From Octopus vulgaris (Eukaryota), in assembly GCA_951406725.2 (NCBI GenBank), contig OX597824.1, positions 33,294,001-33,358,000 on the forward strand: a DNA stretch of 64,000 nt. Reading direction: 5' to 3'. A program made the translations under genes and the position numbers. The notes under the pieces were generated by a model, which was given only the letters and a program-made list of their open reading frames with translations, ran no database searches and was not told where the DNA came from. Shown here piece by piece: positions 26,886-41,352 of the stretch; position 1 is the stretch's first letter; each line of letters begins with the position of its first letter.

Positions 26886-27585
26886 TGGACTTCTATACAC
26901 ATTCGTGGGAGAGGAGAGGCATTAGGCTGGCCACCAAGTAGAAGGTGTAACAAGCAGCTGTACTGCTTTTGCTACTGTATGTCTGTGACACTAGGACGAA
27001 TTACAAACGGCACGGCAAAAAGCTAAACCACTTCTACATGACCTGTCTGAGAGTGCTGTTGAAAATCACCTGGCAAGACAAGGTCGCAGACACGGATGTA
27101 CTCTCTCGAGCTGATCTGCCAGGCATTTACACACTGCTGAGGTGTGCAAATGTCAGGTGGGCAGGCCGCCTTGTGCAAATGCCAGACACACGACTCACCA
27201 AGAGACTGTTTTAGAGCGAACTGGCAATCGCACGTAAGGTGACAAAGAAAGCTCCTCATTGATACGTTCAAAGCCTTAATGGGGAGGTTTCAGATAAACA
27301 CCTGGGAAACGCAAGCACAAGAACCGCCCTGCCAGCCAAATTTGCACCAACAGAGGTGCCACCTCCTACGAACGGAACAGGATTGCAAGGACACAAAAGA
27401 TATCGCAAACTGCGCAAACCCAGAAACAACCCCTCTCCTTCTGTCCCAGGAATCTTCTAATGCCCGACCTGCGGTAGAGCCTTCCATACATGCATCGAAC
27501 TGATTGGCCGCAGCCGAACACACGGTGACCCGTCATCTCTCCCATGTGATGTACTTGGTCATCTTCGAGAACGACAGACCATCTA
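26886..27585 (+). pseudogene. RTE-clade (BovB-like) LINE 3' fragment
   Basis: WERRGIRLATK*KV*..LLYVCDT..LRVLLKITWQDKV..VLSRA..RWAGRLVQMPDTRLTKRLF with stops; 3' end ggtcatcttcgagaacga. Confidence 0.85.
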
Positions 27586-28954
27586 ATTAATTGTGTGTGT
27601 GTGAGTATGTGTGTGTGTATATGTGTGTGCGTGTATATATATATATGTGTGTGTATATGTGTGTGTGTATATATATGTGTGTGTGTGTGTGTATATTTTG
27701 TCTGCAAATCTAAGGGAGATCATGTTCTAAGCATTACAAAAAGAAAACAGCCCTACCCCAATATGGTTGAAGTCAACATCTTTTTCAAAGCTAGTCACCA
27801 GTTCACACATGATGAAAGATTCCAAGTCTTTCTCTGTTTAAGCAGAGAGCTTTACAACTGATGATTCACTAAACTTCTATAGTTTGAAAAATAGGTAAAT
27901 GTACGAAGATTTATATGATTGTTTCTCCTTCAACTGGTTTAGAATAAACAATGGGAGATATATTTGTATTGCACTTCCTATAAATCAACTGTTTTATTTA
28001 TCTTCCTCTTTATTGTTGTTTTGTTATAGTCATCGGCCATTGCTTTTAAGTAATCTACCTTTCTTAGCCAACACAAAGCCACCTTCGTAAAAGTTCTGAA
28101 AGCTTAAAAGCTGGTAGCAGTCGACACAAGCCAAACACTGAATTTACTGAAGAAAGAGGTTCTTTGATATATATTCAGTTTTCTATATCAAAGGCAGGTT
28201 CTTTGCTTGTTTTTGCTTTGGTATTTCGAATCTACGGCTGTTTCTCAATTATTTTCCTTCAGTTTCGACATGACGTTAGAGATAAGAGAAATGGATATAA
28301 CTGTTTTGGCCCAAAGCCAGCAATTCTAGGATGCGCGGGGGTAGTCGACGACATCAACACCAGCGATTGACTGGCATTGATTTTATCAACCTCGGCGACA
28401 TTTGAACTCAGAATATAAAACAGGAAAAAATACCCCCGAGCATTTTGTCCGATGTACTAACAAATCTGCCAGCTCGCCGCCTTTTATATTGAGACAACAA
28501 TTTCTGGTGGTAATTTAAGGTAGATTTAGAGCAATTTGTAGAAGTTCTAGTCCATGATATTAGTCTACACTGGATTTCGGTCCAAACTGTTTTTCAGGCA
28601 ATTATAAGCCAAGTAATGATCAGATGTAGTTTGTCACCATTGTAAGAGATTAAGAAAGCGTCATCAACAAATACAATTTGTCTAAGGAGGGTTTCGTAGA
28701 GCTATCTCTTAATGAAGCAATGAGTAATTGCACGGAACTTTCTACTTGTCCTAATGTACGGTAGGATCTCTACCATGAATTTATAAAGGCGATGTTAGAT
28801 AATAATTGATGATAACAAAGACGGTTGACGAAAGAACAACGTAATTTTGTTTAACAACACTGTTGGTGAAAAGGACTTGAAAGAATGTCCCATAACAGCT
28901 TAATGAAACACTAACGTTCTAATATAAAGATCTGAGGATGCGTTTTAGATAGTT

Positions 28955-29750
28955 TTATGACCGGATTCCAAACTGGGGTGCAGAAACAAAGTCCTTCCAC
29001 CACACCTTCCGGTCCAACATCACTGCCTGGAGGTCCTGGATACATTCCCAGTCAGTTACTGCAATCAAGTTGTTGATGTACGAGTAACGACGTTTTTCTC
29101 TTCGTACATCAGCATGAAGTGGGTTGCACAAGACTAATGCAGTTTGCGCCTGATTGCAAATCAAATATGTGTGTTAGTTGACCGAAGGTAATGTTTGGGA
29201 CCGAGTTAAGGCGGCGAGCTGGCAGAAACGTTAGCACGCCGGGCGAAATGCGTAGCCGTATTTCATCTGCCGTTACGTTCTGAGTTCAAATTCCGCCGAG
29301 GTCGACTTTGCCTTTCATCCTTTCGGAGTCGATTAAATAAGTACCAGTTGCGCACTGGGATCGATGTAATCAACTTAATCCGTTTGTCTGACCTTGTTTG
29401 TTCTCTCTGTGTTTAGCCCCTTGTGGGTAGTAAAGAAATAGGTAATGCTTGGGACCTAGTGGATAAAGAAACGGGAGATTCTCGTTCATATTTGGTATCT
29501 TATATCAAGTCTCATTGGATAAACCATGGTCTACAAAGTTATTCGAGTAAACTCCTTCCCGACTAAGTTCAAAAGAAGGAGATGAATTTTTAATTTCTAC
29601 AGCCCATGGCCCTTTAGGTCTTGTAGGTCAGGAATACTGCTAATATTTTTGTCTTTTTTTTTCCAAAGTGGCCGCAATGATTAGCTTTTGCAATACGGAG
29701 AGACTTTCAATATGAAAAGCTACATTTACCACATAATTTCCTGGAATACA
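28955..29750 (-). pseudogene. RTE-like LINE 3' fragment interrupted by a SINE
   Basis: LVLCNPLHADVRREKRRYSYINNL..DLQAVMLDRKVW resembles an RTE/RTEX ORF C-terminus; upstream part heavily decayed. Confidence 0.5.
29207..29440 (+). mobile_element. SINE family A, full length with ~21-bp TSD
   Basis: TSD AGGTAATG(T/C)TTGGGACC(G/T)AGT at 29186-29206 and 29440-29460. Confidence 0.9.
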
Positions 29751-30612
29751 GTTTCCTGTTCAATTCGGTCCATCTCTCCATCTATGTTCTGATATTAGTG
29801 TGGTTTCCTGGTGTTAAAAGTGATTTTCAGAGGAAATGTTTAATTTTATTTAATTTTATGAAGCTTCTTAATTAACCCATGTAAAGTACATCCAGGGCAT
29901 TGTGAAGTTTGGAAGTCATTTAGTTACTTGGAAGAAATTTGTCGAATTTCACTGCAAGCGACTTTTGATGGCTCTCTTTGGGGGAGATATTATCAACATT
30001 TGATGAATGCGAACTCATGTATTTTATGACTGATTCTGATACAAAAGATGTGATCTCGAGAAAAATATATATGAATACATCAATATAAATAAAAGTTCTA
30101 TAAAACCGAGGAAATAATCTGTCTGAGAAGAGTCTTTCTAATTATATTATTGGCTTCAATTTCATATTCTTTACACGCACACATTTCCTGTACAAATGTC
30201 TGATAAAGATCAATATACCAAACCACATAAAACAAGATATTTTCAAAGTTCTCTACATTCCCCATTATCTTTACTACTAAAACAACAATAGAATAGGAGA
30301 ATTTCTCCATATTTAATACTAAATTTCTCCCCAAAATACGCCGAAATTTGTAATTACCCCATTACTTTCTTTCTGCTACACATGTTTGTATACAGAGAAA
30401 ATATCAATGGGAATCGAGGTTCAATAACTTTGAAACCAATGCAGCATCCTTTTTCAATGGAACTCATTTGATGTCTTTTGTTTTGCGACTTTCTCCGCCT
30501 TTTCAATGGGGTTTTCTGTGATTTTGTAGGCAATTTCAAAGGAACATATAAACTGAAAACTGCTGCAGATTGCGATAGTGTTATGAAATGAAATGCATGC
30601 AGTTCGCTAAAT

Positions 30613-30758
30613 CCATACATACAGTAGATGCATGCATACATACATACATACATACATACATACATACATACATACATACATACATACATACATACATACA
30701 AACATACATACATACATACATACATACACATACATACATACATACATACATACATACA

Positions 30759-30790
<32 letters not shown>

Positions 30791-31023
30791 ATACATACAT
30801 GCATGCATACATACATACATACACACATACACATACATACATGCATACATACATACATATATACATACATGCATGCATACATACATACATACACACATGC
30901 ATACATACATACATACATACATACATACATACATACATACATACATACATACATACATACATACATACATACATACATACATACATACATACATACACAC
31001 ATACACATACATACATACATACA

Positions 31024-31057
<34 letters not shown>

Positions 31058-31232
31058 CATACATGCATGCATACATACATACATACATACATACATACAT
31101 ACATACATACATACATACATACATACATACATACATACATACATACATACATACATACATACATACATACATACACACATACATTCAGACACACACACTC
31201 ACACATACATACATGCATGCATACATATATAC
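30613..31232. repeat. ~620-bp (ATAC)n microsatellite array with variant units
   Basis: Direct reading; source of the YIHT/MYVC ORFs. Confidence 0.95.
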
Positions 31233-31344
31233 ATTAATGTTTGTCTTTGTGTCAGTTATAGTTGTTTCAAATTTTAGCACAAGGCCAGCAATTTCGGGGG
31301 TGAAAATAGATTACATCGACCCCAGTGCTAACGATTTGAGTTAT

Positions 31345-31760
31345 ATTTTTTATTCTTTTGTTTCAGTCATTTGACTGCGGCCATGCTGGAGCGCCGCCTT
31401 GAAGGGTTTCTTTTAGTTTAGTCAATCAAATAAAACCTAGGACTTATTTCTTAAGCCTAGTGCTTATTTTACTGTTTTTTTGCCGAACCGTCAAGTTACA
31501 TGGGCGCAAACATACTAACATCTGTTCTCAAGCGGTAATGGGAGGAGGGACAAGCACAAACACACACACACACTCACACACGTATATGTATGTATGTATA
31601 CGACGGGCTTCTTTCAGTTTCCGTCTACCAAATCCATCCACAATGCTTTGGTCTACCTGCGGCTATAGTAGAAGACACTTGCCTAAGGTGCCGCGCAGTG
31701 GAGCTGAGCCCGGAACCATGTGGTTGGGAAGCAAGTATCTTACCACACAGCCACGCCTCA
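31345..31760 (-). mobile_element. SINE family B
   Basis: Reverse complement of family B head and tail. Confidence 0.85.
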
Positions 31761-32009
31761 ATACTTTTTGTCGAGTACACGCTTATTATACTTTTACAAA
31801 AGTGCTGATAGTGACTGCAACGTTTCGGCCTGCTAGCCTACACACTATTAGGAAAAGATTGCTGCACTTGTTGAGGAAACCGATAGGCGAAATTTCAAGT
31901 CACAATCAACTTGTTCTTCTCAATAAACTTCACTCTACCTTCATTCTACCATCAGTAACTGTTCAATGAGTTTCCTTAAAAGAATTTAAAATTATACTAT
32001 TTTAACATA

Positions 32010-32986
<977 letters not shown>

Positions 32987-32993
32987 CGTTAAC

Positions 32994-33188
32994 TAGAGAA
33001 GCAATGACGGTTGAAAATTCGGTAAATGATAACGATTATAAGCGAACATCGTGCATTAGCTAAAGAAAATAGTCTAATATTGAAGCATATAAGCCCTCGA
33101 CGGGAAAAAAAGTGAAAATTAGTACGCATGAGAATCGATCACCACACACACACACACACGATGGGGCGGCTTTTAAGCTAGTATATAG
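32994..33188 (-). mobile_element. Possible non-autonomous Helitron remnant
   Basis: a-CTAG at the left end, (CA)n and ..tatatag at the right end, same layout as the 13232 element. Confidence 0.35.
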
Positions 33189-33567
33189 CTTTTAAGCAAC
33201 TGACCCTGAATGGGAATATCTGCAAACAGATCTCTGACTTGTTTTGGAGAATTTGTTGCAATTGCTTCCTCAAGAGTCATATCCCAAAGATGATCATATT
33301 CATCGCTAAAAAGCATGTGAAAAACAAAAGATCGCTGAAGACAATCCCGGTAATGAAAACATAGAAATCCAAACTTTCAGAGGATTGCAGGTCCGGATTC
33401 GGCCCGGAATGTTTTTAATTTACTCACGGAGACAGCCTGATTCCAAAATGGTATGATATGTTGAGCATCGACCTCTAGGAGTAAAGTTGAAAAGGTGTGA
33501 CACAATGACACACTGACATTCACATTTATTATATGTTTAATTTGGGGGAAAATGCATTTCATTAAAG

Positions 33568-33659
<92 letters not shown>

Positions 33660-33891
33660 ATATATATATGTACACACACAAACACAGACATATATATGTA
33701 TGCATGTATGTATGTATGTATTAAAGAAAGCAAAAAATAAAAGAAAAATGATAGTGTTCTGTAATTAGTTCAGTATGTCTGTCCAGGAAAGTTATACATC
33801 ATCTCCCTATTTCTCTCACATACCCTCTCACATACCTAAAGTGTGACCCACTGACACACAGAAATTAGTTTTCGCGTTAATTATATTAGAT

Positions 33892-33953
<62 letters not shown>

Positions 33954-35000
33954 GCACAAACACACGCACACACACGCATACACACACACACACCCATACA
34001 CAGAATCACAAAACGAACCCACAGGAATATCTATGTGATTATCCCAATATGCTAAAAATACCAGCCACTGGTACTTAATTTATCAACCCTGAAAGGATTA
34101 AAGGCAATATGCTGGTCAATGTATTTCGGGTACACTTTTTCTAGAAAAATATATTATAGACTGGTCTTAGCTTAATTGGCCATTGATATGGCATTCCAAC
34201 TACCAACTTCTCGATCAAAACTGACCCTAGCTAAGAATCAATAACTTTCATTGCAAAAAACATTTTACCCTCGTTCTTAACAAGTAGCAGATACGTTTGA
34301 TTCCAGAAAGATCTGTGCAAAAATGTTTGAGGGTTAATGTCAAGAAATTAGTTGCGTGATGAAACGACATATAGGCGTCTAAAAAAGAATATGACGATAA
34401 GGAATAAATTTACATACGAAGCCATTTTGAACACATTTTAATTATAGAGATGGAAGTAGAGAAGTGAAAATATCGATATATTGGAGAGAAACACATAGAG
34501 TCTCATGAAAATGTATCGACACGTTTCAAATTTAGAACCAGAAGAACTGGAACCAGTTTAGCTTTGGAAATTTTTGATGGTCATGACAAAGAAAATAAAA
34601 AAAAATTAAAAAAAGAAAATACTAGGAATTTTATATTGTCCATTAACAAATTAGATTTGGAGAGGTCAATAGTTTCGGCCAGTGACCAATGGTCAGAGAT
34701 CTTACGCAAAAAAACAAAAATACATACATGTTCTCTTTCTCTGTCTCTCTCCCTCTCTCTTATAAACACTCATACAGATGTGTGTGCGTATGTGTGTATG
34801 TGTGTAAACACACACACACGCACACATATACATACACACACACACACACGCGCGCGCGCGCGTGTGTGTATGTGTGTTAGGAACGTGTTGTTTTGTTTTA
34901 AGAACAACGTGCCACCCAGCCTGGGAATTGAAATCACGTTCTCGTGATCGTGAGTGCAGCACTCTAACCGCTACATTATCTATCTATTTATATATATATA

Positions 35001-35044
<44 letters not shown>

Positions 35045-35276
35045 AACACAGTTGTCCGGAAAGAATCCATTAAGCGTCAGAAAAAATATCGCGCAATTAG
35101 ATTTGGCACGTGTACGTTCCGAGTTTAAATCTCAAACCCATATAAACAACCACTGAGATCGATTCAATCGATTATATCCTAAAATAGAGTGCTACAGTAT
35201 GGCCATAATCCAATGACTATAAGGAAAATAACATGATGATGTGACTAACAGCTTACAGATGTGACTAACAGCTTAC

Positions 35277-35732
35277 TTATTCTTTTCTACTCTTGGCACA
35301 AGGCTCGACATTTTTTTGTAGAAGTGGGGCAGTCGATTAGATCGACCCTAGTACGCAACTGGTACTTAATTTATCGACCCTGAAAGGATGAAAGACAAAG
35401 TCGACCTCGGTGGAATTTGAACTCAGAACGTAAAGACAGACGAAATACCTATTTCTTTATTACCCACAAGGGGCTAAACACAGAGGGGACAAACAAGGAC
35501 AGACATAGGTATTAAGTCGATTACATCGACCCCAGTGCGTAACTGGTACTTAATTTATCGACCCCGAAAGGATGAAAGGCAAAGTCGACCTCGGCGGAAT
35601 TTGAACTCACAACGTAACGCAGACGAAATACCGCTAAACATTTCGCCCGACGTGCTAACGTTTCTACCAGCTCGCCACCTTCAAACAGACGAAATACCGG
35701 CGTGTTAACGATTGTGCCAACTCGCCGCCCTG
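35277..35732 (-). mobile_element. Young SINE A (35450-35684) nested in an older SINE A
   Basis: Inner TSD ACAGACGAAATACC at 35436-35449 and 35685-35698; outer TSD CTAACAGCTTAC at 35265-35276 and 35733-35744. Confidence 0.9.
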
Positions 35733-35747
35733 CTAACAGCTTACCTA

Positions 35748-36450
35748 TGTAAACATTACTTATATTTTGACGGATATTTGTCCTCATCGAGTTTGTTGTT
35801 AACAGAACGTTTCGGCTGATGTACTCTCCAGCTTTATTAGGTCACTGCCTGGAATCGAACTCGGAATCTAGGGGTTAGTAGCCCGCGCTTTTAACCACCA
35901 TATGCCGTGGGCAATTATGGAGTGAATTTTAGGGCTTATAAATCTAATATTTTCCTATCCCTCCTTTATACTGGTTTCCATATGCTACTCATATTTGCAC
36001 TAGGATTGCTTAGGAGGTTATTATGTCCTAACAAATATGCTGCCTCTTTTAGTTTTCGTATTTTCCAGTGGTGTTCTCTGTCTATTACTTTAACTTCATC
36101 CCACAGGGGAAAAAACGGAGACCACCTCCCCACTGCGGGATGAAGTTAAAATAAAAGACAGAGAACACCAATGGAACATACGAAAACTAAAAGAAGCAGC
36201 ACATATGCTAGGACATAATAACCTCCAAAGCAGATCTAGTGCAGATATGAGCAACATATGGGAACCGGTGTTAAGGAAGGATAGGAAAATATTAGATTTA
36301 TAAGCCCTAAAGTTCATCCATAATGTGGTGCGGTGGTTAAGAGCGCGAGATACTAACCCCAAGATTCTGAGTTCGATTAACGTTAACAACAAACAAGATG
36401 AGGACATATATCCGTCAAATGTAAATAATGTAAATAATGTACATAGTTCC
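35748..36450. mobile_element. Palindrome of two inverted Penelope-like 3' ends (GIY-YIG C-terminus, tRNA-like segment, hammerhead-like motif)
   Basis: Arms ~35748-36110 and ~36127-36432; arms translate WDEVKVIDREHHWKIRKLKEAA / RDEVKIKDREHQWNIRKLKEAA..IWEPVL. Confidence 0.8.
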
Positions 36451-36497
36451 TCTTCTCTCAAATATAGAACTGAAATCTTGTAAAGTTGTTGACTACA

Positions 36498-36830
36498 AGG
36501 TATGGCTGTGTGGTACGAAGTTTGTTTCCCAACTACATGGTTCCGGGCTCGGTTTCACTGCATGTTACCTTGGGCAAGTGTCTTCTACTATAGCATCGGG
36601 CTGACCAAAGCTTTGTGAGTGGATTCTGTAGCCGGAAACTCAAAGAAACGTGTCGTGTGTCCCTGTGTGTGTATCTTTGTGTCTGTGTTTGTCCCCCACC
36701 GCTGTTTGACAACCGGTGTCGGTGTGTTTTTACCTCTCTGTGACTTAATTGTTCGGCAAAAGAGACTCCAGACTTAAAACAAAAATAAATATTGGGGTCG
36801 ATTCATTCGGTTAAACATTCTTCAAGATAA
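36498..36830 (+). mobile_element. SINE family B (degenerate)
   Basis: Family B motifs. Confidence 0.8.
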
Positions 36831-37130
36831 TTCCTGATAGAGATTTCAAAGAACAATTTTTATTGACAAAAAGGGGAATCTGTTCTCTTTTGTCAAACAG
36901 AATCTTTGCTTCGAGGGATACTTGTGAGACGTTTCTTCTAACATTAACCAGAATACTCTACAATAATATCGGTAAATTATATTTGTTTTTAAGCTATGAG
37001 GTGCATTCAACTCTATAGATATTGGTATGAGAAAAACAGTTTTATAATAATATATCAGTATTTTAAAACGCGTATAGGACTCCATTGAATTCTCTGCTGC
37101 TTAAACTTACAATTTGGATATCTATATATA

Positions 37131-37420
37131 TCTATATATATAAAAGAAAAGTTGTGTGTTGTCTGTCTCCTACGATTTAGATTCCTAACTACTCACGCAT
37201 TTTGCGGTGCAGTTTAACCAAAAGCGGGTATCTTATAGTCGTGATTCATATTGAGCCCTTCCGGGTATTAGCGCGCGTCTACGATGAGTCTACGATTACC
37301 ATAATTTTTTTCCATTTTTAATGCATTTTTTTTTGCTATTATATAAGGAAGTAACTCTCTAAAAATGCTTATATAGTTATTTCCCTTACATACCCGAGCA
37401 ACGCCGGGCGATACTGCTAG
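37131..37420 (+). mobile_element. Non-autonomous Helitron
   Basis: a|TCTATATATATAAAA..cccgagcaacgccggg hairpin..CTAG|t; second copy at 54181-54485. Confidence 0.85.
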
Positions 37421-37570
37421 TTTAGACATAAAGTAATTTAAAATGAGGGTTGTCACTTCTTGCAAACGCATAATACATACATACACGTATATTCATATAT
37501 ATATATATATCTCTATATAAATATCACCGACCACGGCTTTCAACCGATTCTGATGAAATATATCATAATT

Positions 37571-37623
<53 letters not shown>

Positions 37624-37640
37624 TACAAATATACTGCTAG

Positions 37641-37754
<114 letters not shown>

Positions 37755-37814
37755 TTTATTATTATATGATTGAACACCTCGCATCCATTTCCATGTAAGT
37801 TTATCTATATCTAT

Positions 37815-38427
37815 AAGTCCCCAGGACTTATTCTTTGTAAGCTTAGCACTTATTCTATCGGTCGCTTTTGCCGATCCGCTATGTTACAGGGACATAAACA
37901 CACCAACATCAGTTGTCAAGCGTTGGTGATGGACAAGCACAGACAGACACAGACACTCACACACACACATACACACACTCACACACACATATATATGTAT
38001 GTACGTATACACATATGTATGTATATATATTTCCATGCGAAGCTTCTTTCCGTTTCCGAGAACCAAATCCATTCATAAGGCTTTGGTCAGCCCAAAGTTA
38101 TAGTAGAATACACTCGCCCAAGGTACCACAATGTAAGACTGAACCCGGAACCACGCCTGCACCTATAAATATGTGTGTGTGTATTGTGTGTATGAGTATG
38201 TGTGTGTGTGTGTGTTTGCGTCTGTCTCTCCAACATGTCTGGACAACAGGTATTATGTTTACATGCCGTCAATTAGCGGTTCAGCATAAGTGACTTATGG
38301 TATAAGTATTAAGCTTAAAACTAGCAGGTCTTGGGGTCGATTTATTCGACTTAAAATCTTCCAGCATGGCCGCAGTCAAATGACTGAAACAAGTAAAAGA
38401 ATAAAAGAAAAGAATGAAAATGTGTGT

Positions 38428-38465
<38 letters not shown>

Positions 38466-38660
38466 GGCGGTGAGCTGGCAGAAACGTTAGCACGCCGGGC
38501 TGAAATGCTTAGCGGTATTTCGTCTGCCGTTACGTTCTGAGTTCAAATTCCGCCGAGGTTGACTTTGCCTTTCATCCTTTCGGGGTCGATTAAATAAGTA
38601 CCAGTTATGCACTGGGGTCGATATAATCGACTTAAGCCGTTTGTCTGTCCTTGTTTGTCA
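37815..38660. mobile_element. SINE B (minus), SINE B tail (plus) and SINE A (plus, 38465-38660)
   Basis: Family motifs. Confidence 0.8.
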
Positions 38661-39484
38661 GTAAAGAGATATGTGTGTGTGCATGTATGTGTGTGTATGT
38701 GTGTGTGTGTGCGTGCGGCGTGTGTACAATGGATTTCTACTCACTTCCCTTGTACCAAATTCCCTCACAGCTTATTGGTCGGCTCGGTCCTATTAAAAGA
38801 GGTAACTTGCCCAATGTGCAACGCAGTGGTGATTGTACACAATATGCAAATACATGTGCCCGTCGCGTGCTATGCATGCGAATACAAAAGAAATACTCGT
38901 TTCTCCACATTCACTTTTGAAACTGGTTCGACAGGTAAGGGAACTTCATGCAAAATTTCAGTGATCTGGTTTTTAAACAAAAAAAACAAACAAAAAACAA
39001 AAAAAAAAACAACAGAAACAGAGTAGGTCAGAAGAAACCACGTGATCCGTTGATTGTATACCAAACCATTTAACGCATAAACGAAAGTATATCTAATTGG
39101 TTATGAACAGAAGCATGTTGCATAGATTTTGGAACGATGGCATCGCTGTCGCCCTTCTCCGTTCACAAACGGACACAAATACGCAAGTGTACATAGCTAT
39201 CAATTGATGTGTGTACTGTATGTATTTGGCTGTGTGTATAAAACATATATATATATATATAATCTGTATTATAATGCGTGCTGAGTCTGTCCATCTGTTA
39301 GCAAAGTATCGTTATTGTAGCTACATACTCGATAGCTTTCATTAACGCCAGACGCCAGCATTCTCGCAGCAAAATATTATCTATCAGTTTATTGAAATAT
39401 CTATCTGCATATCTATCCCCAAGTGTATTTACATATATCGCTCTTTTTTATTTTGCTCTTTTCCTTACTCTCTCACTCATTTAG

Positions 39485-39769
39485 TTTCTCTCTCTCTCTC
39501 TCTTTCTCTCTCTTTATATATATATATGTACACGCATACACACATACATAGATAATACATACATGCATACATACCTATATACATACATGCATACATACAT
39601 ACATACATACATACATACATGCATACATACATACATACATATATGCATACATATATACATACATACATATATACATACATACTTACTTACATATATACAT
39701 ATCGATATGCACATACATTTTTGTAAGTTTATAAGTATATACGTATATGTATTTATATATATGTATATA

Positions 39770-39809
<40 letters not shown>

Positions 39810-39935
39810 CACGCATACACACATACATAGATACATACATACATGCACACATACCTATATACATACATACATACATTCATACATACATATGTACATACAT
39901 CCATACATACATACACACATATATACATACATACA

Positions 39936-39967
<32 letters not shown>

Positions 39968-39985
39968 GATATGCACAAGTATATG

Positions 39986-40020
<35 letters not shown>

Positions 40021-40095
40021 TACATACACATACACATGCGCACACACGCATGCACACACACATAACCATATACATGTACACACACATATACATAT
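39485..40095. repeat. Compound (TC)n/(ATAC)n/(TA)n microsatellite block
   Basis: Direct reading. Confidence 0.9.
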
Positions 40096-40540
40096 TTACT
40101 AATACTTCGGAGTCAGATAAACTTTTGTTGTTGTTGTTGTTGTTCTAAACTACCAAATCCGAATAATCTCCAAACATCATATCTTTACAGTTTAGTGAAG
40201 ACACAAATAAAACACCATAGTCCCTGTTGAGCACGTCTCATACGTCTGCTCACCGCACTGTAAAATGCAATGCTTGTAGATAATCTGGATTTGCTAGTTA
40301 CGAACTCTTTTAATGGATGATCAGTTTTTCTAAGAAATTTCCCAGAGTGTATCGTTCACAAATATTACTTGGAAATTATTCTCTTACACAAAAATAGTCT
40401 CCCAAACAAGTAGGTCATTCTGCTTCTGCACACGCTGAAGTTGGAGACGTTGTTTGTTGATAACCGTCGTGTTGTTCCAAAGAATGTTTGGTTTACTTTA
40501 AGTGAACAACCCACATACTAATACCAAGCGGTGTGTCCAA

Positions 40541-41352
40541 GCGGCGCGCTGGCGGAATAGTTAGCACCCCGAGCGAAATGCTTGGTGGCATTTCGTCTGC
40601 CGCTACGTTCTGAGTTCAAATTCCGCCGAGGTCGACTTTACCTTTCATCCTTTCGGGGTCGATTAATTAAGTACCAGTTACCCACTGGGGTCGATATAAT
40701 CGACTTAATCCGTTTGTCTGTCCTTGTTTGTCCTCTCTGTGTGTAGCCCCTTGTGGGCAGTAAAGAAATAAGGTATTTCGTCTGCGGCTACGTTCTGAGT
40801 TCAAATTCCGCCGAGGTCGACTTTGCTTTTCATCCTTTCGGGGTCGATTAAATAAGTACCGGTTACGCACTGTGGTCGATATAATCGACTTAATCCGTTT
40901 GTCTATCCTTGTTTGTCCTCTCTGTGTTTAGCCCCTTGTGGGTAGTAAAGAAATAGGCATTTCGTCTGTCTTTACATTCTGAGTTCAAATTCCGCCGGGG
41001 TCGACTTTACACATCATCCTTTTAGAGTCGATAAAATATGTATCAGTTTCGTACTAGCGACGATGTAACAGACTTACCCCCTCCTCCAAAGTTACTGGCC
41101 TTGTGCCAAAATTTTAAACGAATATAATAAGCTTTTATTTAAGACGGCGAATTGGTCGAATCGTAAGTACGCCGAACTTATGCTTAGCGGCATTTCGTCA
41201 GCTTTTATGTTCTGAGATCAAATTCCGCTAGAGTCGACTTTGCCTTACATCCTTTCGGGATCGATAAAATAAGTAACAGTTAATCACTGAGATCGATATA
41301 ATTGACTTTGCCCCTCTCTCGAAATTGTTTGTCCTTGTGCCAAAATTTGAAG
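40541..41352 (+). mobile_element. Array of four SINE family A units
   Basis: Tail-to-body junctions aaagaaata(a)|ggtatttc at ~40771 and aaagaaata|ggcatttc at ~40955; further copy from 41145. Confidence 0.88.

Noticed and set aside
30354-31374. Long ORFs of 200-276 aa (MYVC/YIHT repeats), and similar ones at 39477-40102, 50783-51343 and 62887-63387
   Set aside because: Stop-free translations of (ATAC)n/(TA)n microsatellites.
31808-31850. Minus-strand GGC..GCCGAAACGTT hammerhead-like remnant
   Set aside because: The CTGANGA half is missing; too decayed to call.
40250-40540. Possible 5'-UTR exon of the minus-strand gene (donor CG|GTGAGC near 40254; also gtaagc near 25588)
   Set aside because: Isolated donor-like motifs are common, and non-coding exons cannot be called without transcript data.
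40541-41120. Regularly spaced repeats suggesting a CRISPR-like or satellite array
   Set aside because: They are nested SINE A units with no unique spacers, in a eukaryotic context.
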